A stretch of DNA of 64,000 nt from an uncultured Phycisphaerales bacterium. Lineage in GTDB: Bacteria > Planctomycetota > Phycisphaerae > Tepidisphaerales > Tepidisphaeraceae. The stretch is taken from contig CAVWVQ010000002.1 of NCBI GenBank assembly GCA_963758525.1, positions 288,001-352,000 on the forward strand. The letters are read 5' to 3'. Both the position numbers and the translations under genes were made by a program. Under the pieces are notes generated by a model. That model was not told where the DNA came from and ran no database searches. It saw nothing but the letters and a program-made list of their open reading frames with translations. This document shows positions 1-9,305 of this stretch, in pieces (position 1 is the first letter of the stretch; each line of letters starts with the position of its first letter).

Positions 1-307
1 GCGCGCCGCCGATTTGGGTGAGCCAGGCTTTAAAGGTCATCGATGCCTTGGGCGTGATGTTCGCTCCGTCGAGGGTATAGGAGTAATCCCAGACCAGATA
101 AGTGCGGCTGTCGTACGCCTGCATCAGGATCAGATCGCGGTCAGGAGATGCGTTTGCCGGCGTCGTCTCCCACCACCCAAGCAACTTCTCGTCTACCGTG
201 GATTTTTCCGCATCGCCAAGCGGCACGCTCAGGCAGCCTGCCAGAAAGACGCCGCAGGCCAGCAGGATGCAGCAACGGTTCGACAGATATAGACGCACGC
301 CCATCAT
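1..307 (-). CDS. Hypothetical lipoprotein (partial, runs off window start)
   Basis: Manual translation MMGVRLYLSNRCCILLACGVFLAGC-LSVPLGDAEKSTVDEKLLGWWE...; hydrophobic signal with LAGC lipobox; frame open to position 1; ATGA overlap with the upstream GNAT stop. Confidence 0.65.
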   Translation of the reverse strand, partial: MMGVRLYLSNRCCILLACGVFLAGCLSVPLGDAEKSTVDEKLLGWWETTPANASPDRDLILMQAYDSRTYLVWDYSYTLDGANITPKASMTFKAWLTQIGGA

Positions 308-893
308 CGCCTCCATTCGTGTTCGAGAATGCTGTAGAGAAACGAATTCCGCCACTCACCCTTCGACCAGACATGCTCGCGCAGGCGGCCTTGGCGCGTC
401 ATCTTCAACTTTTCCATGACGCGCCAGGACCCGACGTTCCGCTCATCGGCGGTGCTGTAAATACGATGCAGCCCGAGAGTTTCAAAACCGTATCTCAGCA
501 TCGCTGCGGCCGCTTCCGTGGCGTACCCGTTCCCCCAATAGTCTTTGCGATAACAATAACCCGGCATCGCCGCCTTGGCATCAGCGCCCTCAAGAAATCA
601 GTGCGCGCCGGGTGTGGCGCTCGAAAGTGGCGATCGGCTCCGAGTAGGGCGGGATTCATCCCGCCGATTTGTTGGCCGGCTGAGAAAACGGCGGGATGAA
701 TCCCGCCCTACGATCGCAAAATCTGCAATCGCCACAAATAAAAGTTACACCCTGCGCGCCCGCCGATGAGTTGGTTGCCTTCCTTCAAAACCACGCAAAT
801 CTCAAATGCCCGCCGTGGTGTCTGTCTGGCGTGGCGTTGCATTCGTTCGATGTAGTCCCTGGTCTGCTGCTCGTTGTTCGGACCCCACATCAC
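304..893 (-). pseudogene. RimJ/RimL-type GNAT N-acetyltransferase pseudogene interrupted by a MITE
   Basis: 5' piece WGPNNEQQTRDYI...FEICVVLKEGNQLIGG (893-761) and 3' piece GYCYRKDYWGNGYATEAA...GLHRIYSTADERNVGSWRVMEKLKM..EWRNSFLYSIL (567-304) are separated by the 610-752 element; N-terminus missing; one more frameshift remains after removing the element. Confidence 0.8.
610..752. mobile_element. 143-bp MITE (GGGTGT...ACACCC ends, 8-bp TSD) containing a GTAG-type REP doublet
   Basis: Direct repeat TGCGCGCC at 602-609 and 753-760; bipartite terminal IR GGGTGT-N11-GTGGCGAT; identical inverted copy at 14199-14341. Confidence 0.9.
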
Positions 894-975
894 GTCATAC
901 TACCCGAGCTTCCCTTCCCGGAGCGCCTCACTATAATCCGCCCCTCGTCAAACCGGCGGAGTGAGTTTCGGGAGA

Positions 976-2199
976 ATGGGACTGATCGTTCAGAAATTTG
1001 GCGGGACCAGCGTGGCGGATGCCGAGCGCATCCACCGCGCCGCGCGCCGCGCCATCGCAACGCGAAAAGCAGGGCATCACGTCGTCGTGGTCGTCAGCGC
1101 GATGGGCCAGGCGACCGACGATCTGATCGATCTGGCGAAGAAGGTCTCGGAAAATCCGCCGAAGCGGGAGATGGATCAACTGCTCGCCACCGGAGAGCAG
1201 GTCACCATCGCGCTGATGGCGATGGCCATGCACGCCCAGGGGCAGGAAGCCATCAGCTTCACCGGGGGACAGATCGGGCTGGTGACGGACGAAGCGTTCA
1301 GCAAAGCCCGCATTCAATCCATCAACAAACAGCGCATCTTCGAGCAGCTCGAGGCGGGAAAAATTGTCGTCATCGCGGGCTTTCAGGGAGTGACCGCGTC
1401 CGGGGATCTGACGACGCTGGGCCGAGGCGGAAGCAATGCGACGCTCGTTGCGGTGGGGGCGGTTCTCAAGGCCGACGTCTGCGAGAATTACACCGATGTT
1501 GACGGGATTTTCACCGCCGATCCGCGCATCGTGAAAGGTGTGCGCAAGATCGACCGGATCAGCTATGATGAAATGCTGGAGCTCGCCGGCCTGGGCGCGT
1601 CGGTTCTGCAGACCCGGGCCGTGGAGTTCGCCAAGAAATACAACGTCCCGATTCACGTTCGCAACAGTCAGAACGAGTCGGAAGGGACCTGGATCGTCGC
1701 GGAGACACCGATCATGGAGCACATCGTCGTTTCGGGGGCCGCCCTCAAGAAGGACCTGATCCGTGTGACCATCAAGTCGGTTCCCGACCACCCGGGCGTT
1801 GCCGCCAAAATCTTCGGCGACATCGCCGCCGCCAATATTGTCGTCGACGACATCATTCAGAATATCAGCGACGACAACACCGCCAGCATCAGCTTCACCG
1901 TCGAGCACGGCGACCTGCAGGACGTCAAACCGGTCTGCGATCGCCTCTGCAAGGAACTGGGCGCCACGACCGGCGCCATCTATCACGATCAACTGGCGAA
2001 AGTGAGCGTTGTCGGCGTCGGCATGCGCGTCCACACAGGCGTTGCGCAACGGATGTTCAAAGCGTTGGCCGATGCTCGCATCAACATCCAGAACATCACC
2101 ACCAGCGAGATCAAGATCAGTTGCATCATCGACAAGGAACAGGGCCCCAAGGCTCTGCAGATCGTTCACGACGCGTTCGAGCTGGAAAAGGCTCGTTAG
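976..2199 (+). CDS. lysC: Aspartate kinase
   Basis: MGLIVQKFGGTSVAD, VVVVSAMG, TTLGRGGS, YTDVDG motifs; two C-terminal ACT domains; GGAG upstream. Confidence 0.95.
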   Translation: MGLIVQKFGGTSVADAERIHRAARRAIATRKAGHHVVVVVSAMGQATDDLIDLAKKVSENPPKREMDQLLATGEQVTIALMAMAMHAQGQEAISFTGGQIGLVTDEAFSKARIQSINKQRIFEQLEAGKIVVIAGFQGVTASGDLTTLGRGGSNATLVAVGAVLKADVCENYTDVDGIFTADPRIVKGVRKIDRISYDEMLELAGLGASVLQTRAVEFAKKYNVPIHVRNSQNESEGTWIVAETPIMEHIVVSGAALKKDLIRVTIKSVPDHPGVAAKIFGDIAAANIVVDDIIQNISDDNTASISFTVEHGDLQDVKPVCDRLCKELGATTGAIYHDQLAKVSVVGVGMRVHTGVAQRMFKALADARINIQNITTSEIKISCIIDKEQGPKALQIVHDAFELEKAR

Positions 2200-2210
2200 T
2201 TTCCCCCTCG

Positions 2211-2396
2211 CCTGGTACTGCTCCGAACAGAGATGTGGGAAATTAAGAAATGCCCAATGCCCAATGGTCAACAAAAGCCCAAATCGCAATGACCAATGGG
2301 AGAACCAGCCTTGGGCCTTGGACCTTGTGGCTTTGTTGGCCATTGGGCCTTGGACATTTCTTGATCTCCCACATCTCTTTTCGGAGCAGTGCTAGG
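2211..2396. repeat. Long imperfect inverted repeat: CCCAATG/CATTGGG heptamer-type palindrome inside extra outer arms
   Basis: Left CTGGTACTGCTCCGAACAGAGATGTGGGAAATTAAGAAATGCCCAATG pairs with right CCTTGGACATTTCTTGATCTCCCACATCTCTTTTCGGAGCAGTGCTAG; inner part homologous to 14065-14181. Confidence 0.8.
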
Positions 2397-2557
2397 GGAG
2401 AGAGCAAGAGCGGGCTATCAAGCGAACAGGCTGCCCCGGGAATTCGCGCACGCCCATGCCAGATGCTGCGACGTCGTTAATCCTTGACTCTTGCTCCCCC
2501 CCTCTTTACTGTCAAACCGGTCGGTCATTTTCACACCTGCATCGAAAGGCTCTCCGC

Positions 2558-3853
2558 GTGAATCCGCTCCTGGAAGGCAATGCCTGCGTGTTCGGTCTGC
2601 AATGGGGAGACGAGGGTAAAGGCAAGATCGTCGATTTCCTGGCGGAAGCAGCTGATGTGGTCGTTCGCTATTGCGGCGGCGCAAATGCCGGTCATACCGT
2701 CCGCATCGGCGGGGAAAAATATGCGACGCATCTGCTGCCCGTCGGAGTCTTCCGCCCGGGAGTGATGAATCTGATCGGCAACGGCGTCGTGCTCGACCCC
2801 CAGACGCTCTTCCGCGAAATTGATGAGTTCGTCGCGCGGGGCGTGCCCATCAGCCCGGTAAATCTCCGCATCAGCTACAAAACCCACCTTGTGATGCCGT
2901 ATCACATGCAGGAGGACGCCGCCCGCGAGTCGGCCAGCGGTGTCTCAGGAATCGGCACGACGCGGCGCGGCATCGGACCGACGTATGCGGACAAAATGCA
3001 GCGGGCAACCGCGCTGCGCGTCGCGGACCTCATGCACGAAGAGAAGCTCAAGCAGCGCATCAGCACGACGGTGACGGAGCGGAACAAAGTGCTGAAGGTG
3101 CTCTACGATGCTCCGCCATTGGAATGGCGCAACATCTTCGAGCAGTATCGCGACTATGGCCGGCGGATGCAGCCGTTCGTCGATGACGTGGGGCATCTGC
3201 TGATCAATTCGCTGCGCGAGGGGAAGCGAATTCTCTTCGAAGGCGCGCATGCGGTGCTCCTCGACGTCGATCATGGCACTTACCCCTACGTGACGAGCAG
3301 CAACTGCTCGGCCCTTGGGCTGTTCACAGGCTCCGGTGTTCCCCCCCAGGCCGTGCGGAATTTTCTGGGAGTGATGAAGGCCTATTCCACGCGCGTGGGC
3401 GGCGGCCCGTTTCCAACAGAACAGGCCAACAATATCGGCGACTACATCCGCGAGCGCGGCAACGAATATGGCACCACCACGCGCCGCCCCCGCCGCTGCG
3501 GCTGGTTTGACGCGATGGCTGTCAAATATTCCGTGGACCTATGCGGCGTTACCGCGATCTCGCTCATGCTGCTCGACGTGCTCAGCGGCCTGGATCACCT
3601 CGACATCTGCACCGGCTACAAGTACCGCGGCACGAGACTCGACTACTTCCGCGCCGACATGGACGTGCTGGCCGAGGTTGAGCCCATCTACGAAACGCTG
3701 CCGGGCTGGAACGGAAATCTGACAGGCTGCCGGCGCTTTGAAGATCTCCCGCGAGAAGCCCAGACCTACGTGAATCGCCTGGAGCGGCTCGCCGGCGCAC
3801 CGGTCAAGATCATCAGTGTGGGCCCGGAGCGCACCGCGACAATACTCCGTTGA
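2558..3853 (+). CDS. purA: Adenylosuccinate synthetase
   Basis: GLQWGDEGKGKIVD, GGANAGHT, GIGPTYADK, EYGTTTRRPRRCGWFD motifs; GTG start chosen. Confidence 0.95.
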   Translation: MNPLLEGNACVFGLQWGDEGKGKIVDFLAEAADVVVRYCGGANAGHTVRIGGEKYATHLLPVGVFRPGVMNLIGNGVVLDPQTLFREIDEFVARGVPISPVNLRISYKTHLVMPYHMQEDAARESASGVSGIGTTRRGIGPTYADKMQRATALRVADLMHEEKLKQRISTTVTERNKVLKVLYDAPPLEWRNIFEQYRDYGRRMQPFVDDVGHLLINSLREGKRILFEGAHAVLLDVDHGTYPYVTSSNCSALGLFTGSGVPPQAVRNFLGVMKAYSTRVGGGPFPTEQANNIGDYIRERGNEYGTTTRRPRRCGWFDAMAVKYSVDLCGVTAISLMLLDVLSGLDHLDICTGYKYRGTRLDYFRADMDVLAEVEPIYETLPGWNGNLTGCRRFEDLPREAQTYVNRLERLAGAPVKIISVGPERTATILR

Positions 3854-4357
3854 ACACTTGCGGGGCATGGACTTCATTCCAGTTCGCGAGCGTGTCAGCC
3901 ACGAGGAAGCAGGCTGGAAGCCTGCACCACAACGGACGAGCCGTAGCTTGCCCTTCGCGGGGCCTCCGCGCAGAACATTGGCATTCTCCCTCGTGCGGAC
4001 GCTTCCTGTTCGTCGCGTCCCGTTTTCTTTCAAAACGAGTCAAGGGGCGACGCGCAGATAAGTTGACAATTTCATAAGTCTATATCCTAACTAGGTTAAT
4101 GCGCTGCCACTGGAGTGCGCCGATAGAGATCAGATCGAATCCCGCCGATAAGAGGGCGTATCATGACCAGCAGCCGGCACGGAGGCGGTCGCTATTGACA
4201 GTGGATTAGATCGCGGTTCAAACTGCCGCCCCCCGGCGAATATCTCATCCCTGCAATAGTGCCGGATGTAGGACGTGGCCCTACATGCATCAAGGCTGGA
4301 TAGGCGTCCAACCGATAGCGGCCCTATCGCCGGGACACGGCGGCGGAAAAAAAGGAA

Positions 4358-7083
4358 ATGGCAAAAGCGAAGGGCAAACATCTGGTCATCGTCGAATCGC
4401 CCGCCAAGGCGAAGACGATCAACAAGTATCTGGGCGACGATTATGTTGTGAAAGCCAGCATGGGGCATGTGCGCGACCTGCCGCGCAAGGGGATCGGCGT
4501 CGATCTGGAGACCTTCACACCCGAATACGTCATCATCGAAGACCGCGGCAAGGAAAAGATTGTCAGCGAGTTGAAAAAGCTCGCAAAGCAGAGTGACGAA
4601 ATCTATCTCGCAACCGACTTGGACCGCGAAGGCGAGGCGATTGCCTGGCATTTGAAAGAGGCGCTGGGAATTCCCGACGGCAAGGTGCGGCGCGTCATCT
4701 TCAACGCGATCACCAAGGCGGAAATCCAAAAGGCCTTCAAGAAACCAATGCCGCTGGACATGGATCGCGTCAACGCCCAGCAGGCGCGGCGGATCCTCGA
4801 CCGGATTGTCGGCTATGAAATCTCGCCGCTCCTGTGGCGCAAGGTCGCCAAGGGACTCAGCGCGGGGCGGGTGCAAAGCGTTGCCGTCCGTCTGATTGTC
4901 GAGCGCGAGCGGGAGATTAATGCCTTTGTTCCGCAGGAACATTGGAAGATCGCCGGCGTCTTCACCGCCAAATCCGACGTCAACGAATGCAAAAAAATCG
5001 CTGGCGCCTGGCATGATTTTCTCACCAACACCGGCAATGGCGAGCGCACCAAGATCGAGCGAGAGCGATGGCTCGCCGAACATGAGTCGTTTGTCGCTGA
5101 GCTGATCGAGCTTGGCGGGAAAAAGTTCGAAGCCGACAACAAGGACGACGCCCGCGCCGCTGCCGAGGCGCTGGGGTTTGTGCTCGAGAAGGAAGTCACC
5201 ACCGACGACGCTGACGCCAAAGGTCCGGCACAGCATCTGACTGCGTTTGAAGGGCGTTTGGCGCATGCCCGACGTTCGCGGTTCGCTCGATTGAGAAGAA
5301 GCGGACCAGCAGTCGCCCGCCCGCGCCGTTTATCACCAGCACGCTGCAGCAGTCGGCTTCGAGCCGGTTGTCGTTGGGCGCACAGCGCACGATGCGCCTG
5401 GCGCAAACGCTGTATGAACAGGGCGCCATCACCTACATGCGTACCGACTCGACGAACATCTCAGCCGAAGCGCTGACGATGGTGCGCTCGTTCATCAAAT
5501 CGGAGTTCGGGGACCGCTATCTTCCCGCCAAGGCAAACGTCTACTCGTCGAGCAACAAGAGTGCTCAGGAAGCCCATGAGGCAATTCGTCCCACAGACGT
5601 TGCGCTCTCCCCTGCCGATGCCAAGGGAAAATTCGCCGCCGATGAGGCGAAACTCTATCAGTTGATCTGGAGCCGGTTCGTCGCCTGTCAGATGCCCCCG
5701 GCGGAGTTCGATCAAACCGCCGTCAATATCGCTTCCGCGACCAAGCGCGGCGACGCGGTCTTCCGCGCCACCGGCCGAAAGCTCGTGTTCGACGGGTTCA
5801 TGCGCGTCGCCGGCGTCAGCAGCGAGGATCAGCTGTTGCCCGCCTTGGCGGAAAAGCAGACCGTCTTCCCGATCGAAATTGATCCGACGCAGCACTTCAC
5901 GCAGCCACCGCCGCGCTATACCGAAGCGAGCCTGGTGAAGATGATGGAGCAGCAGGGAATCGGCCGGCCCAGCACGTACGCGAGCATCATTCAGACGATC
6001 CAGGATCGCGAATACGTCGAGCAGCAGGATCGCCGCTTTTACGCGACAATGCTCGGATCGATCGTCACCGACAAGCTGATCCAGGCGTTTCCCGACATCA
6101 TGGACATCCAGTTCACCGCGGGAATGGAACTGAAGCTCGACCAGATCGAGGAACAGCATCTCGACTGGATCAAGCTGCTGCGTGACTTCTACGGCCCATT
6201 CCACAACACGGTGGACGGCGCGCTTGCCAAGATCGAGCACGCGGGCGGAACTGCTTCGCCCTACAAGTGCGAAAAGTGCGGCCGGCCCATGGTCTACCGC
6301 ATCAGCAAGAACGGATTTTTCCTCTCCTGCACCGGGTATCCGGAATGCGACGGCACGCGCCCCGTGGATACGCAGGGCAGGCCGACCGTGCGCGAGGTGA
6401 GTGAGTTCAAATGCCCGGTCTGCGGCCGCGAGATGATCAAGCGTAAAGGCCGGTTCGGCGAGTTCCTCGGCTGCAGCGGATATTCGGTGAAGAATCCCGA
6501 CGGCTCCCCGGCCTGCACGACGATCATCAACCTCGACAAGGAAGGCAAGCCCCAGCCGCCCAAGGTCAAAGTCGTGACCACGGTGAAATGCGAGAAATGT
6601 GGCAGCCCGATGATCCTCCGCGACAGCAAGCGCGGCCCGTTCCTCGGCTGCTCCTCGTATCCCAAGTGCCGATCGACCCGGTACATCAAGAAGCTGGAAG
6701 GGGACGATCTCAAGCAGGTCGAGGCGCTGATTCCATTGCTCAAGGAAGGCGCTGAAAAAGCCCGCGAGATGGCGGCCAAGATCACCGGCGAAGTCCCCGC
6801 CGCCGCGGGCAACGGCAAAGCCCTCTCCAGCATCACCACCGACATCGACTGCGACGAATGCGGCAAGCCGATGATCATCCGCAACGGCCGGCGCGGAAAA
6901 TTCCTCGGATGCAGCGGATATCCCAAGTGCAAAAACACCGGCGAAGTCCCCGCCAAGCTGCTCGAAGAGCTCGGGCTGACCGAGAATGGGGACACGGCCG
7001 TGAAGAACGGCCAGGCGAAAGAGGAAACGCCGGTTCCCGACACATCCACCGACGAGATCGAAACCGAGCTTGAGATCGATTAG
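4358..7083 (+). CDS. topA: DNA topoisomerase I (type IA) with four C-terminal Zn ribbons; frameshift near 5260 probably a sequencing error
   Basis: [30 protein letters not shown] in the first frame; [35 protein letters not shown] in the second; four CxxC...CxxYPxC-type repeats. Confidence 0.92.
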
Positions 7084-7099
7084 CTCATTGCAACTCATC

Positions 7100-7218
7100 G
7101 TGGCATGGGCGTCCCGCGCGTCCCGCCCATGCGGGCGACGTGGAGCTTACGAAATTGCCCGATATCAAGTGCCCATTTTACCACTGCGTCGCTCGCATGG
7201 GCGGGACGCCTATGCCAC
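7100..7218. repeat. GTGG-type REP doublet (REPIN), family GTGGCATGGGCGTCCCGCCCATG
   Basis: Inverted arms GTGGCATGGGCGTCCC...GGGACGCCTATGCCAC; homologous copies at 16802-16910 and 24876-24994. Confidence 0.8.
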
Positions 7219-7243
7219 CAGGAATGAGCTATAATCTCGCCCC

Positions 7244-8023
7244 ATGGCTGAGATAGAACTTCTGTTTCTCGGCACCGGCACCAGCGTCGGCGTGCCAATG
7301 ATCGGCTGTCATTGTGCCGTCTGCAGCAGCACCGATCCACGCGACGCGCGGCTGCGTCCCTCGGTTCTCATCTCCTACTCCGGTTTGCGCGTCCTTGTCG
7401 ACACGACGCCCGAATTGCGGCTTCAGTGCGTCACAAATCACGTGGATATGATTGATGCCGTCGTCTATACACATGCGCACGCCGACCACATCATGGGGCT
7501 GGATGATTTGCGCCGCTTCAACCTCCTGAGCGGCAAACATCTGGATGTCTGGGCGAACGAAAAGACCCAAAGTTCCCTCCGCCGCCGGTTCGATTATGCG
7601 TTTGTCGAACCGGCGCCCGAGCCGCGGGTATTCCGGCCCAACCTGAGACTCAAGACAATCGACGGTTCATTTCAAATCGGCCCCGTCAGTTGGATCCCGG
7701 TACCATTAATTCACGGTCACGGCACGACGCTCGGCTTTCGCATAGGCAAACTCGCCTACTGCACCGATGTGAGCGCGATCCCGGAGGAGTCATTCGCCCT
7801 TTTGGAAGATCTGGATGTGCTTGTGCTCGGCGCACTCTCCACCCATAAACATCCCTCTCACTTCACCCTTGAAGAGGCCTGCGATGCTTCCCGCCGAATT
7901 GCGGCGCGCCAGACCTATTTCACGCATATCGGGCACATGCTGCCACACGAAGCGACCAATCGCACGCTCCCGTCGCCGGTTCAACTGGCTTACGACGGAT
8001 TGCGGGTCGAAGCACGACTATAA
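7244..8023 (+). CDS. MBL-fold metallo-hydrolase (PhnP-like phosphodiesterase)
   Basis: FLGTGTSVGVP..GCHC..C, THAHADH, YCTD, THIGH, LAYDG motifs. Confidence 0.9.
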   Translation: MAEIELLFLGTGTSVGVPMIGCHCAVCSSTDPRDARLRPSVLISYSGLRVLVDTTPELRLQCVTNHVDMIDAVVYTHAHADHIMGLDDLRRFNLLSGKHLDVWANEKTQSSLRRRFDYAFVEPAPEPRVFRPNLRLKTIDGSFQIGPVSWIPVPLIHGHGTTLGFRIGKLAYCTDVSAIPEESFALLEDLDVLVLGALSTHKHPSHFTLEEACDASRRIAARQTYFTHIGHMLPHEATNRTLPSPVQLAYDGLRVEARL

Positions 8024-8167
8024 TAGTACGTTTCCTTCCTCGCCTGCTGCTCCGGCCAAGGGCAAGCATGCATTGCGAGAATCTGGCTGCGCCAAAAGTC
8101 CAATCCGCAACGCCTGTCCTTGCCCTTGGGAAACTCCAAGGTATAAGTGGCGGGACCGCGCGTGGAG

Positions 8168-9292
8168 ATGCGCCTGAATAGTCCTCTTTTTTCCATCATC
8201 ACTCCCGTCTACCGTTGTGAGCTGACGCTGCAGCGAACGCTGGACAGTCTCATGGCCCAGAGCGAGCGCTCGTGGCAGGCGGTGGTCATTGATGACGGCT
8301 CTCCCGACCATTCCTGGAAAGTGGCCGAGGGGTTCGCTTATTTCGATCCCCGCTTCACGCTGCTGCGCCAGGAGAATGCTGGCGCCGGGGCGGCACGCAA
8401 TGTGGCGCTCTCCCACGCGCGCGGCGAATTTGTCATGTTCCTCGATGCCGACGACTGGCTCGAGCCTTCAGCGCTGGCGGTGCTGCTCGCCGAAGCGCGA
8501 CGGGGCGACTGCGATCTCGTCCACGGCGCGTTTCGCTATACAACCAACGACGGCTGGCTGACGGATTGGACAGGCGCGTATCGCGGGAAGCGGCCGCTGT
8601 TCGAAGCATTGTGCGGGTCGAACGTGCTGTCGATGCCGGCGGCGGTTATCGCCCGCCGCCGGGCGATCACTCACGTGGGAGGTTTCGATCCCACCTTGAA
8701 GAATTGCGGCGACTGGGATCTTTGGGGCCGCCTGGCGCGCCGTCGCGGAAACATCGGGCGCGTGGACGAGTGCGTCGCCAATTACCGGATGCGCCCCGCG
8801 AGCCTCAGCCACAATCCGCACACGCTGGTGCGCGATGCGATGCGCACGATGGAGCGTCTGCATGCCGTCGATCCGCGCGTCCGCGACGCGGCCCCGGAAT
8901 TTTTCATGGGCGGCGACCCCGCCGATCTTCCCGGCCGGCGCGTGAACTTCACGCTCTACACGGTCGGCCTTGCGTTGGGGGTGAACGAGGTCGCCACCGC
9001 CGCGTCGATGCTCGACACCATCACCGACTGGCCCGAGCTGTTCGCCAATGAAACCGCCGGATTCCTCTTCTCAGGCATTTGCTTTGCGCGTTGCCAGGGT
9101 CCCGAAGGCGCCGCGGAATTCTGGCCCACCGTCGCCGAAAGCGTCCGACTGATCGCGGCAACGATGGACACGCGCACGCACCAGTCGGGCCTGGGCCACA
9201 AGATTCTCGAAGCCCTGCAGCAACTCAGCGGGGAACCGCTGCCGCCGGCACAACAAACTTCTGATGGGCATCGGCTGGCGCAAAGCGCCTGA
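8168..9292 (+). CDS. Glycosyltransferase family 2
   Basis: FSIITPVY, VIDDGSPD, N.GAGAARN, FLDADD, GGFD...DWDLW motifs; alternative GTG start at 8147. Confidence 0.88.
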   Translation: MRLNSPLFSIITPVYRCELTLQRTLDSLMAQSERSWQAVVIDDGSPDHSWKVAEGFAYFDPRFTLLRQENAGAGAARNVALSHARGEFVMFLDADDWLEPSALAVLLAEARRGDCDLVHGAFRYTTNDGWLTDWTGAYRGKRPLFEALCGSNVLSMPAAVIARRRAITHVGGFDPTLKNCGDWDLWGRLARRRGNIGRVDECVANYRMRPASLSHNPHTLVRDAMRTMERLHAVDPRVRDAAPEFFMGGDPADLPGRRVNFTLYTVGLALGVNEVATAASMLDTITDWPELFANETAGFLFSGICFARCQGPEGAAEFWPTVAESVRLIAATMDTRTHQSGLGHKILEALQQLSGEPLPPAQQTSDGHRLAQSA

Positions 9293-9305
9293 TCCGGCGA
9301 CTTTC

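Noticed and set aside
696..1502. ORFs beginning MNPALRSQNLQSPQIKVT (also 13836-14255)
   Set aside because: The shared N-terminus is translation of the MITE sequence, not a gene family
3854..4357. 500-bp purA-topA spacer as an ncRNA or small gene
   Set aside because: Only a single REP-like palindrome (~3909-3929) and two TTGACA hexamers (4063, 4195) without good -10 spacing; no recognisable RNA family
4358..7083. topA, rplE and rplC as true pseudogenes or programmed frameshifts
   Set aside because: Essential genes, no slippery heptamers, and many similar indels across the window; sequencing error is more parsimonious
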